A DNA stretch of 42,084 nucleotides. Source: Gammaproteobacteria bacterium (lineage in GTDB: Bacteria > Pseudomonadota > Gammaproteobacteria > UBA1113). The stretch's first letter is position 1. Each line of letters begins with the position of its first letter. Under the pieces are notes generated by a model. It did no database searches, was not told where the DNA came from, and saw nothing but the letters and a program-made list of their open reading frames with translations. Shown in pieces: positions 29,070 through 37,549 of this stretch. The DNA is taken from NCBI GenBank assembly GCA_009885495.1, contig VFKP01000008.1, positions 1 to 42,084 of the forward strand. The letters run 5' to 3'. Position numbers and translations under genes: made by a program.

Positions 29070-29267
29070 CTAGACCTTTTTTTTGAGATCATTCATGATC
29101 TGATTTAAACTGCTTTGAATGCGCGCTTCAACCTGGTCAATTTCATCTTGTGAAGGCTCACAATTGCCTGTCTCTTCCAATATTTCTATGGCCAGATAAT
29201 TAATGGGATCAAAATCATCCAAACCGGCCAGTCGTTGTATCCATTTGCTCTGTACGGGATTACTCAT
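29070..29267 (-). CDS. Small acidic hypothetical protein (65 aa)
   Basis: AGGAGA SD 7 nt upstream of the ATG. No family recognised. Confidence 0.4.
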   Translation of the reverse strand: MSNPVQSKWIQRLAGLDDFDPINYLAIEILEETGNCEPSQDEIDQVEARIQSSLNQIMNDLKKKV

Positions 29268-29382
29268 CCTGTTCTCCTAATATGAGGGTATTCCATGCTT
29301 TATTCTGATCTCTACTGAGAAAGGAGCGACTATAATCCTATTCTAGAATTTAGGCAAGATCTGATATAGACAAAGATCTATT

Positions 29383-29892
29383 GTGTGGATCGCAGCTTCG
29401 TTAGATCCAAAGGCAATAATGTGTGCCTATCATGAAATTGGCTTGAAATTACCACCCAGAGATGGTAATTTTATCCCAATAATACCATCTATAGATGGTA
29501 TTATTGCTCGAAATTTAAGTGAAAAAGCAGTGCTGACCCATTTATATTCCGCCAATAAATCACATAAAGATTTTCAAAAACCACATAAGATTTTTAAAAA
29601 CCACATAAGATTTTTAAATAATACCAATTTTTCTTATGCCTATTGTCAAGAGCCATTGATTGGAACAATCCGTGAAACTTTTGTGGTCAATTGTTTGTCG
29701 GGCAGTGGCGCGTTAACCGCTCCAACTTTTGGAGATTTTTGTTTGGACGATCATTATACCTTTGAAGTGGGTGGAAAAAACAAAAATAGAAAACAGCTCA
29801 AATCTATCAAAAACAGCTTCGTTCTTGCTGACGATGTATTGTCTGCTGATAAAGAACAAATCCCGTTATGGTTGCTAGGGTTTTTATGGTGA
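29383..29892 (+). pseudogene. Probable 5'-truncated remnant of an uncharacterised ATPase-family gene (C-terminal part only)
   Basis: The C-terminus ...YTFEVGGKNKNRKQLKSIKNSFVLADD....IPLWLLGFLW resembles, from memory, the conserved tail of a widespread roughly 400-aa predicted ATP-binding protein family. There is no Walker A region and no good start or SD, and the region is low in GC. Confidence 0.4.
29561..29620. repeat. 3 x 20-bp tandem repeat (CCACATAAGATTTTTAAAAA-like) inside the ATPase remnant
   Basis: Units at 29561..29580, 29581..29600 and 29601..29620, read directly from the sequence. Confidence 0.85.
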
Positions 29893-30025
29893 TCCATTCA
29901 AAGAAGATCCTCTCATAACAGGATCTTCAAAAAACTTAATCTGACAAATGTTCTCGATAATTCTCTGGCACGCTTGTGCGAGTACAGATTCATCGGGAAC
30001 AGGATAATTGCCTAGCGCCAAAGCA
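29893..30025 (-). pseudogene. Remnant of a paralog of the nucleosidase gene at 31824..32591 (3' end joined to an internal piece)
   Basis: 29938..29979 is identical (42/42) to 31854..31895. 29980..30024 is close to 32168..32212. The roughly 270 bp between those segments in the intact gene is missing, and the 5' half is absent. Confidence 0.65.
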
Positions 30026-30144
30026 AATCCGTCAACCTTATGACAGATCCAAACATTCTTTGGGGATTGACTTGTTCAGCTTTGCAAACATCAAAAAAAT
30101 CATGCTATGATCGAGTTAATTGATAGTTTTTGAAGGATAAAATA

Positions 30145-31536
30145 ATGCCCACCTTATCTGAGTTTCTCAAAACTGCGGGCGTGAAAGATAAAGATCTCAG
30201 CGCTGAATCTTTATCGCATATTAAAATATTAGGACAAGACCCTATATTGCCAACGCCTTTCAAAATCGGCGAACTGGGGGCCTTGGCTCTGGCCGCATTA
30301 GGATATTCCATTGCAGAGATCTCATTTTTACAAACCGGCGAAAGGCAAAATGTTGAAATTGAGGTGAAAAAATCGGTTCTGGTGCAACGATCACATCAAT
30401 ATTTTCGTATTCTAAATGCCGAAACTCCGGGCGGTTGGGATCCCTTATCGGGATTTTATCGCTGCAAAGATCAACAGTGGATCCAATTGCATTGTAATTT
30501 TCCTCATCATCGCCAAGGCGTCATCGATGTTTTGGGTTGTACGGATGATAAAGCAGCCGTTACAGAAGCGATCTTAAACAATTGGTCTGCCGAATCTTTA
30601 GAGACCATTCTATGCGATCGTGGCCTATGCGCCAGTAAGGTACGCAGCGCTTCTGAATGGGCCGAACATCCACAGTCTCAAGCGATTGCTCATTTGCCTG
30701 TTCTTGAAATTATTAAAGTAGGCGACAGCCCTAGAGAATGTTTTCAAAAATCTGCACGCCCTCTATCGGGCATTAAAGTCCTTGATCTCAGCCGAGTCAT
30801 CGCAGGCCCTGTCTGTGCAAGAACATTGGCTGAACATGGAGCGACGGTCTTACACATCAGCAGCCCTCATCTTCCTTCTATTGCGCCTCTGGTCATGGAC
30901 ACAGGACATGGCAAACATTCCGCCTTTCTCGATCTTAATCAAGCGGCAGATCATCAACGTCTTATCGAATTGACACAAACGGCGGATGTTTTTTTACAAG
31001 CCTATCGTCCTGGGGGCTTAAATGAGAAAGGCTTCAGTCTAGAAGATCTTGTCAAAGTAAGACCGGGCATTATTTATGTTGAATTGAGTGCTTATTCGCA
31101 TTTAGGCCCTTGGTCTAAGCGCCATGGCTATGACACGCTTGTGCAATCGGCTACAGGCATTGCTGATGAACAAGGCGCATCAGAAAACTGCCCTAAGCAT
31201 TTACCCGCACAAACGCTGGATTATGTGGCAGGTTATTTGAGCGCATTTGGCGTGGCTGAAGCTTTAAGAAGGCGGGCTCTAGAGGGTGGAAGTTATCATC
31301 TCAGAACTTCATTGGTACAGGTGGCTCAGATACTGAAAAACTTTGGGCGAGTATCGAATTTCTCATCTTGCTCTATTCCAGAATCCAGCGATATCGCCGA
31401 ACTATTGACCCAAACTGACACGCCTTTTGGACGGTTAGAGCATTTTGCACCTATCTTAAAATTATCAAATACACCCGCATTTTGGTCTAAGACCACCGTC
31501 CCCTTGGGCCACGATCCGGCCGAATGGCCAAAATAA
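30145..31536 (+). CDS. Family III CoA-transferase (CaiB/BaiF family)
   Basis: Typical GIKVLDLSRVIAGPVCARTLAEHGATVLHI N-terminal domain motif and QAYRPGG. AAGGA SD before ATG 30145. Confidence 0.85.
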   Translation: MPTLSEFLKTAGVKDKDLSAESLSHIKILGQDPILPTPFKIGELGALALAALGYSIAEISFLQTGERQNVEIEVKKSVLVQRSHQYFRILNAETPGGWDPLSGFYRCKDQQWIQLHCNFPHHRQGVIDVLGCTDDKAAVTEAILNNWSAESLETILCDRGLCASKVRSASEWAEHPQSQAIAHLPVLEIIKVGDSPRECFQKSARPLSGIKVLDLSRVIAGPVCARTLAEHGATVLHISSPHLPSIAPLVMDTGHGKHSAFLDLNQAADHQRLIELTQTADVFLQAYRPGGLNEKGFSLEDLVKVRPGIIYVELSAYSHLGPWSKRHGYDTLVQSATGIADEQGASENCPKHLPAQTLDYVAGYLSAFGVAEALRRRALEGGSYHLRTSLVQVAQILKNFGRVSNFSSCSIPESSDIAELLTQTDTPFGRLEHFAPILKLSNTPAFWSKTTVPLGHDPAEWPK

Positions 31537-31823
31537 AGCTAAATTCACGTTTAAAGCCGCAGTTGAATAAACGCTACTGCCCACCATTGTTCAGTTGGGT
31601 TTGCAGGCCCTGATGCTCAATATCAACAGGGAATGTGGATCTTATGGCTTGCTGCTCTATTGTCTTTTGGGATCGCTGGCTTCTACAGTTACCGCATGCG
31701 CGGATCCAATCGTTAAAATTCACTGCCGTTCTGAAGACTTTTTCTTCGCCTCTTGAGCGCTGGTTCCGTGCCGACCCTATTGACTTGCGGCTTGAGAAAT
31801 CGTGGTGTTCCATTCGATGAAGA

Positions 31824-32591
31824 TCATCCCGTAGCAAGATCTTCAAAAATTTCAATCTGACAAATGTTCTCGATAATTCTCTGGCACGCTTGTGCAAGCT
31901 GTTTTTTGACATCACTGTCTTTCATAGATTTCTGAAATTGTTCTTGGGGACAATCCTGTGTATCGATAAAATCTGTTGTAACCTTAACCGCCATATACCT
32001 GGGCTTATAGTCTCCTCGAGAACATCTCAGAATACTCTGAACAATGTATTTCCACTCCATATCCACCAATTTCGCTTTATTTTCTGTGAGTTGTTTTTTC
32101 CCATTGGCTGTTGTCTTCATAGATCCCGTGGTTGATAGCCGCGCACATTCAAAACCTAAGGCCTTTGCGAGTACGGATTCATCGGGGACAGGATAATTGC
32201 CTAGAGCTAAAGCTCGATGTTTCTCATCCGATTTAGGAAAATGTAAATCATGGCTCATCGCTGTAGTGGCAATATAGACTTTATGTTTTTCTGCACCCGC
32301 AGCGTAAATTGCACCCGCGGTTCCGGCATTGATAATCATATCCGGTTTAAATTTTAGGAGGCTCTCTCGCAATGCCGGTTGAATTAAGGGCCCAATGCAA
32401 TCTGTATCTGGATAAACAGGATCCTTACCACTCATGGTCAGCCAGATATCATGTATGCCAATCTGACGGTGATAAACTTGAGTGTCCAGATCATCCGGCA
32501 ATTGTTGTGCTGCAGATCCTTTCTGCAAACTCAAATGATTAATCAACGCTGTTGCTTCTTCTTCCATCGCTACAAAGATGAGAACATTCAT
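31824..32591 (-). CDS. Purine/MTA nucleosidase family (PNP_UDP_1 fold) protein
   Basis: MNVLIFVAMEEEA, DMIINAGTAG, VDMEW and VKVTTDF line up with E. coli MtnN GIIGAMEEEV, DVIINTGSAG, VEMEA and VRAISD. GGAG SD before ATG 32591. Confidence 0.7.
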   Translation of the reverse strand: MNVLIFVAMEEEATALINHLSLQKGSAAQQLPDDLDTQVYHRQIGIHDIWLTMSGKDPVYPDTDCIGPLIQPALRESLLKFKPDMIINAGTAGAIYAAGAEKHKVYIATTAMSHDLHFPKSDEKHRALALGNYPVPDESVLAKALGFECARLSTTGSMKTTANGKKQLTENKAKLVDMEWKYIVQSILRCSRGDYKPRYMAVKVTTDFIDTQDCPQEQFQKSMKDSDVKKQLAQACQRIIENICQIEIFEDLATG

Positions 32592-32776
32592 ATTCACTCC
32601 ATAAAATCTTGACGATGCAAAACCCATAAATTTTCACGTTCTTTGCGAGTCAGTTTATGTTTCATAAACTTATTTGATCATATCCATTCAGATTTTGCAA
32701 TGGTTTTTCAATAAAATTTTGGCTTTTATATTAAATAAAGGGTTTGGTTTCTATCGAGATAACGGGGGACGGCTAC

Positions 32777-32895
32777 CAGCCGCTTTCATAGCCGCTAGAT
32801 TGTGGCAAACCGTACGCAGCAAGGATGCCTGCGTCCGAGCCCCCAGGGATGGGTTTACGGCGTGTTTGACATAACGAGCGGCTATGAAAGCGCTG
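32777..32895. other. GC-rich structured element: 19/20-bp inverted repeat enclosing an 80-nt core that has its own hairpin
   Basis: Arms CAGCCGCTTTCATAGCCGCT (32777..32796) and AGCGGCTATGAAAGCGCTG (32877..32895). Inner hairpin ACGCAG-N9-CTGCGT. Confidence 0.5.
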
Positions 32896-32987
32896 ATGAA
32901 GTATAAAATTCTATTCGTCATCAGCTCTGATCCCTCTCGATTTCGCATCTTCATTGGCGATGAGTATAGAAGGGACTTGATCCTCGC

Positions 32988-33047
32988 CCCGCATTTTGGT
33001 CTAAGACCACCGTCCCCTTGGGCCATGATCCGGGCGAATGGCCAAAA
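32988..33047 (+). pseudogene. Orphan copy of the last 60 bp of the CoA-transferase gene
   Basis: 58/60 identity with 31474..31533 (CCCGCATTTTGGTCTAAGACCACCGTCCCCTTGGGCCA...GAATGGCCAAAA). Confidence 0.8.
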
Positions 33048-33109
33048 CTCGCCATTTTCGATGCTCAGTGATAAACTTAAGATCTCAATAAACTCAACGA
33101 GGACCTAGA

Positions 33110-34396
33110 ATGACTGATCGTGCCCAATTAACCATAGGTGATGCCACCCCCATCGAACTGAATATCCATCAAGCCAGCTTAGGTGAAGCCGTGATTGATC
33201 TGGCACCTATGGCCAATACTGGCTATTTTACCTATGATCCAGGATTTAGTTTAACCGCCGCTTGCCAATCCTCGATCACCTATATCGATGGTGATAAGGG
33301 CGAACTCTTATACCGCGGTTATCCCATTGAGCAATTGGCTGAAAAATCAGATTATTTGGAAATTTGTTATTTATTATTGGAAGGCGAACTGCCTAATAAA
33401 TCGCAAAAACCAGGTTTTATTGAGCAAATTAAACACCATACTTTGGTGCATGAACAAATGCGTTCTTTTTTCAATGGGTTTCGTAGAGATGCTCATCCTA
33501 TGGCCATTATGGTCGGCGTTGTCGGTGCTTTATCAGCTTTCTACCATGATACCCTGGACATTCAAAATCCAGAGCATCAGCAAATAGCGGCTTATCGCTT
33601 AATTGCTAAGATGCCTACTTTAGCAGCCATGTGCTATAAATATTCCATAGGCCAGCCTTTTATATACCCGCAAAATAACATCGATTACAGTGAAAATTTC
33701 TTACAAATGATGTTTGGTGTTCCTTCAGAACCCTGGAAAGCCTCACCGGTGTTAGCTCGCGCCATGGATAAAATCTTTATTTTACACGCCGATCATGAGC
33801 AAAATGCTTCAACCTCTACCGTACGCATGGCAGGGTCTTCAGGCGCCAATCCTTTTGCTTGCATTGCCGCAGGGATCGCGACTCTTTGGGGTCCCGCTCA
33901 TGGGGGTGCCAATGAGGCTGTTTTAACCATGCTGCATGAAATCGGCAGTGTAGATAATATTGCCAAATACATTGCAAAAGCCAAAGATAAAAATGATCCT
34001 TTCCGTTTAATGGGTTTTGGACACAGAGTGTATAAAAACTATGATCCCAGAGCTAAGATTATGCGTGAAGTCTGTCATGAAGTGCTTGATCTGGTCGGTT
34101 TAGGTGAAACACCCCTATTTAAGCTAGCATTAGCTCTGGAAAAAATCGCTTTGGAAGATGACTATTTCATAGAGAAAAAGCTATACCCTAACGTTGATTT
34201 TTATTCTGGGATCACTTTAAGCGCCATTGGCATTCCCACCAATATGTTCACCGTTATTTTTGCTTTAGCCAGAACCGTGGGTTGGATCTCACATTGGATA
34301 GAAATGATGAATGCGCCTAGCCATAAAATTGCACGTCCACGTCAATGGTATGCAGGACCTAAACAACGGGATTTTAAACCCATGGATCAGCGCTAG
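33110..34396 (+). CDS. gltA: Citrate synthase (type II)
   Basis: 428 aa with [14 protein letters not shown] and [10 protein letters not shown] motifs; GAGGA SD. Confidence 0.97.
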   Translation: MTDRAQLTIGDATPIELNIHQASLGEAVIDLAPMANTGYFTYDPGFSLTAACQSSITYIDGDKGELLYRGYPIEQLAEKSDYLEICYLLLEGELPNKSQKPGFIEQIKHHTLVHEQMRSFFNGFRRDAHPMAIMVGVVGALSAFYHDTLDIQNPEHQQIAAYRLIAKMPTLAAMCYKYSIGQPFIYPQNNIDYSENFLQMMFGVPSEPWKASPVLARAMDKIFILHADHEQNASTSTVRMAGSSGANPFACIAAGIATLWGPAHGGANEAVLTMLHEIGSVDNIAKYIAKAKDKNDPFRLMGFGHRVYKNYDPRAKIMREVCHEVLDLVGLGETPLFKLALALEKIALEDDYFIEKKLYPNVDFYSGITLSAIGIPTNMFTVIFALARTVGWISHWIEMMNAPSHKIARPRQWYAGPKQRDFKPMDQR

Positions 34397-34421
34397 ACAT
34401 TTTCGACCGATCGGCTATAAT
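34394..34421 (+). promoter_or_regulatory. ssrS: Putative sigma70 promoter of the 6S RNA gene (TAGACA-16 nt-TATAAT)
   Basis: -35 at 34394..34399 and -10 at 34416..34421. The predicted transcription start coincides with the first base of the long closing stem. Confidence 0.45.
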
Positions 34422-34429
34422 TTAAGTTA

Positions 34430-34591
34430 GATGCTTTCCATGCATTTGATTCAATGTCGGCGAGGACCGATAGATCAATACGCCATCAGTGCGTTTTAAG
34501 GCAGGGGATGAGCCGGCCGTTGACTTTGAGCCGCACCCTCCTATAGCATCAGGGTCCAGAATGCCAATTTGGGTCAAATGTGGAGAGCATC
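34430..34591 (+). ncRNA. ssrS: Putative 6S RNA
   Basis: Lies immediately upstream of, and co-oriented with, the 5-formyl-THF cyclo-ligase (ygfA-like) gene, the conserved gammaproteobacterial ssrS context. About 21 bp of closing stem (34430..34452 with 34571..34591, 2-nt bulge), further stems GGC/GCC and GGACC/GGUCC, and a central asymmetric bubble. GAGGACCGAUAGAUCAAUACGCCAU resembles E. coli GAGCCGAUAUUUCAUACCAC. The ends are approximate. Confidence 0.65.
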
Positions 34592-34594
34592 TAC

Positions 34595-35188
34595 TTGTCT
34601 GCTGATAAAATCGTGCAAAGAAAAGCCTTTCGCAGTCTTCGTCAAAATTTATCGCAAGAAGAAATCGCGAACTTGAGCCTTGCCATTGAACAACAATTTA
34701 AAGTTTTTAAAAAGCAGTTAAGGCTCAAAAAAGTCGCCCTGTATTGGCCCTTTGATCAAGAAGTCGATGCTAAGCTCCTAATACCAGAACTCTGGCAAGA
34801 TCAAATTGAAACTTATCTACCCCGATTACGCCCCGATCAAAGCTTAGAATTTGCTCTATACTCCGCAGATACTCGCTGCCAAGCCAATCGTTTTGGGATC
34901 CCAGAACCCAAAGACCCGGCGAAACTGGCCAGCCTTGAAACCTTAGATCTGCTGCTCATCCCTTTGTTGGCTTTCGATCTGCAAGGACATCGTTTAGGAA
35001 TGGGTGCTGGCTTCTATGATAGAACACTTTCGAAAATCGCGACCCATCCTAAAAGAGCTCTTTTCCTGGGTTTGGCCTATGAAATACAGAAAGCCGACAG
35101 CCTCTGCACTGATCCCTGGGATATCCGCTTGGATGCTGTGATGACCGAAAAACACATTTATTATTTTAACGAACAGGGACCTCTGTGA
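34595..35188 (+). CDS. 5-formyltetrahydrofolate cyclo-ligase
   Basis: LLIPLLAFDLQGHRLGMGAGFYDRTL matches the family motif (E. coli YgfA [25 protein letters not shown]). Start is uncertain: TTG 34595 (GGAGAG SD) or GTG 34613. The ORF-track GTG at 34580 lies inside the 6S closing stem. Confidence 0.85.
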   Translation: MSADKIVQRKAFRSLRQNLSQEEIANLSLAIEQQFKVFKKQLRLKKVALYWPFDQEVDAKLLIPELWQDQIETYLPRLRPDQSLEFALYSADTRCQANRFGIPEPKDPAKLASLETLDLLLIPLLAFDLQGHRLGMGAGFYDRTLSKIATHPKRALFLGLAYEIQKADSLCTDPWDIRLDAVMTEKHIYYFNEQGPL

Positions 35189-36519
35189 TGAATTCTTTAT
35201 ACTTATTTATAGCGCTATTATTAATCTGTTTAAACGCTTTCTTTGTGGCCGCTGAATTTGGCATGGTCAAATTACGTCATTCTCGCGTTGCATTATTGGC
35301 TGAGAATACAGGATTGAGAGCTAAGATACTGTTTAAGATCCACCACAATATGGACGCCTATCTATCGGCCTGCCAATTAGGAATTACCCTTGCCTCTCTG
35401 GGCTTAGGTTGGGTGGGAGAGCCCGCCATGGCTAGACTGTTATCTCCTGTTTTTGATGCCTTAGGTTTTGATCCAGGCGAATGGCTCACCATTGTTTCAT
35501 TTTTAATGGCCTTTGGCCTTTTGTCTTTTTTACATATTGTCGTTGGCGAATTGATGCCCAAATCCTTAGCCATACGACAAAGCGAACGCATCGCTCTATG
35601 GACCGCTTTGCCCTTATATGGTTTTTATATTCTCATGTATCCCGCCATTCAATTTTTAAATTTGTGTTCCAATGCGCTTTTACGGTTGATCCGCGTCTCC
35701 GAATCCAGCGAAGGCAATCAGTATTCAACCGATGAATTAAAATTTATCATTCACTCTAAACATGATCATGGCGATTTAACTCAGCATGAAAGTAAAATTA
35801 TTGCCCATAGTTTAGATTTTTCAAAAATAAAAGTATCTGATATCATGCGCAGCAAAGATGAACTCATCAGCTTAGATTTGAGCGACAATAAAAAAACTCA
35901 ATTGGAAATGATCACCACACATCGCTATAGCCGTTATCCCGTCTACAAAGAGAGTGAACAAAATATTATTGGCTTATTACACATTAAGGATTTACTGCCT
36001 TGTTCTCAATTGCTTTCAGAGAATACGGCTGATTTTGATTGGCCAAACTTATTACGCCCCATTCCTAAAGTCTCTTATAAACTCAGTGCTTTGGATTTAT
36101 TTCAACATTTCCAACGCGGCTTACCGCATTTGGCTCTGGTGTACAATGCACAACAAACTTTAGTGGGCTTCATCACTTTAGACAATGTGCTTCAAATCCT
36201 CTTTGGTCGCATTACCGATGAGTTTCACAAAACTAATGAAGCTTGGACAAAACAAGCCGATGGTTCTTTTATCGTAAAGGGTGAGTGTACACTTTATGCC
36301 TTAGAACAATCCTTAAATATAGTCCTCGATGAAAATGAAGATGATTTGGAAGATATCAGCACTCTGGGAGGACTCATCTTACATCGCTTGGGGAAAATGC
36401 CTGAAATCGGCGAACTCATTGAATTTGAAAATTTTAGCGTCATTGTCGAAGAAATTTATCGCTCTCATATTCAAGAATTGAGGATTATTCTAAAACCCAA
36501 AAAAAATGAGGGATCTTGA
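35185..36519 (+). CDS. HlyC/CorC (TlyC) family membrane protein: DUF21 + CBS pair + CorC_HlyC domains
   Basis: Four N-terminal TM helices, AEFGMVKLR and GELMPKS motifs, CBS region, C-terminal transporter-associated domain. Confidence 0.85.
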   Translation: MMNSLYLFIALLLICLNAFFVAAEFGMVKLRHSRVALLAENTGLRAKILFKIHHNMDAYLSACQLGITLASLGLGWVGEPAMARLLSPVFDALGFDPGEWLTIVSFLMAFGLLSFLHIVVGELMPKSLAIRQSERIALWTALPLYGFYILMYPAIQFLNLCSNALLRLIRVSESSEGNQYSTDELKFIIHSKHDHGDLTQHESKIIAHSLDFSKIKVSDIMRSKDELISLDLSDNKKTQLEMITTHRYSRYPVYKESEQNIIGLLHIKDLLPCSQLLSENTADFDWPNLLRPIPKVSYKLSALDLFQHFQRGLPHLALVYNAQQTLVGFITLDNVLQILFGRITDEFHKTNEAWTKQADGSFIVKGECTLYALEQSLNIVLDENEDDLEDISTLGGLILHRLGKMPEIGELIEFENFSVIVEEIYRSHIQELRIILKPKKNEGS

Positions 36520-36526
36520 GATCCTC

Positions 36527-37549
36527 TCACCAATTCAGAATCACTTTACCCGCTTCACCTGTCTGTATTAAATCAAAGGCTTGTTGGAAATCATCGGCCG
36601 CAAATTGATGGGTGATCACGGGCTTAACCTCCAAGCCACCACGCAATAAGGAAGCCATTTTATACCAGGTTTCAAACATTTCACGTCCATAGATCCCTTT
36701 AATGACTAACCCTTTAAAAATCACCTGGCTCCAATCGATGGCTTGCATGCCACTGATAATGCCCAATAAAGCGATACGCCCACCATGATTAATCGTGGCT
36801 AATATTTGCTGTAAAGCGGTAATTTGCCCCGACATTTCCATGCACACATCAAAGCCTTCGAGGATCTCTAAATCTTGCATCGCCGCGGCCAAAGAGCCCG
36901 TTTTAGCATGCACCGTGCGACTGGCGCCCATCTTTTCAGCTAAGGCTAAACGATAAGGATCCACATCGGTAACGACCACATGGCGCGCACCTACGCGTTG
37001 GGCTATCGCCAGCGCCATTAATCCCACAGGCCCGGCACCGGTGATTAAAACATCTTCACCCACCAAGTCAAAAGACAAGGCCGTGTGCACGGCATTGCCC
37101 AAGGGATCTAAAATAGCGCCGATATCATCGCTGATATGCTTTGAGAGTTTAAAGACATTGCTCGCAGGAATAGTGACATATTCTGCAAAAGCGCCTGGAC
37201 GATTCACCCCCAAACCAATGGTTTTACGGCATAAATATTGTCGACCACCGCGGCAATTACGGCAATGTCCGCAGGTCATATGCCCTTCTGCAGACACCCG
37301 ATCGCCCAAATTAAATCCTCGTACTTCAGTGCCCAAGGCCGCTATTTCGCCCATAAATTCATGACCAATGGCCATAGGCAGGACAAGGGTTTTTTGCGCC
37401 CAATCATCCCATAAATAAATATGCAGATCGGTGCCACAAATGGCAGATTTTTTAACTTTGATTAACACATCATTGGGGCCATACTCTGGACGCGCCAACT
37501 CTTGCAACCATAGCCCTTTTTCAGCTTTTGCTTTGACCAATGCTTTCAT
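36527..37549 (-). CDS. tdh: L-threonine 3-dehydrogenase
   Basis: Zn-ADH motifs GHEFMGE and CGHCRNC. ATGA overlap with the kbl stop; kbl-tdh operon order. Confidence 0.95.
   Translation of the reverse strand: MKALVKAKAEKGLWLQELARPEYGPNDVLIKVKKSAICGTDLHIYLWDDWAQKTLVLPMAIGHEFMGEIAALGTEVRGFNLGDRVSAEGHMTCGHCRNCRGGRQYLCRKTIGLGVNRPGAFAEYVTIPASNVFKLSKHISDDIGAILDPLGNAVHTALSFDLVGEDVLITGAGPVGLMALAIAQRVGARHVVVTDVDPYRLALAEKMGASRTVHAKTGSLAAAMQDLEILEGFDVCMEMSGQITALQQILATINHGGRIALLGIISGMQAIDWSQVIFKGLVIKGIYGREMFETWYKMASLLRGGLEVKPVITHQFAADDFQQAFDLIQTGEAGKVILNW

Noticed and set aside
31574-31915. 113-aa minus-strand ORF and 61-aa plus-strand ORF (31635..31820) in the convergent spacer.
   Set aside because: The 113-aa ORF overlaps the nucleosidase 3' end out of frame and is Arg/Ser-rich with no SD. 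The 61-aa ORF starts at GTG with no SD. Neither resembles a known family.
31824-32591. The nucleosidase as an anti-phage effector, like the PNP-type nucleosidase effectors of some defence systems.
   Set aside because: No sensor, kinase, receiver, cyclase or other defence partner is adjacent. The protein is stand-alone and keeps MTAN-type motifs. The context is metabolic (CoA-transferase, gltA).
32777-32895. The GC-rich IR element, tested by eye as group II intron domain V, a tRNA or tmRNA fragment, or an integron attC site.
   Set aside because: The domain V lower stem and AC bulge cannot be formed. There is no T-loop GGTTCRANYC. There are no RYYYAAC/GTTRRRY core sites and no integrase. It is kept as an unexplained structured element only.
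32751-33108. 91-aa minus-strand ORF (32751..33026) and 74-aa plus-strand ORF (32884..33108) upstream of gltA.
   Set aside because: Both span the palindromic element and the orphan 60-bp CoA-transferase fragment. The mirrored peptide strings (AAFIAARL / SAFIAARY) are palindrome artefacts.
34430-34591. 6S RNA encoded on the minus strand. The reverse complement contains CCTTAAAACGCACTG, which resembles E. coli 6S CCUUAAAACUGCG.
   Set aside because: The promoter-like TAGACA-16-TATAAT sits on the plus strand, placed to start at the stem. The ssrS-ygfA synteny is co-oriented. The plus-strand 5' bubble region also resembles the E. coli 6S 5' half. A near-symmetrical hairpin will give partial matches on both strands.
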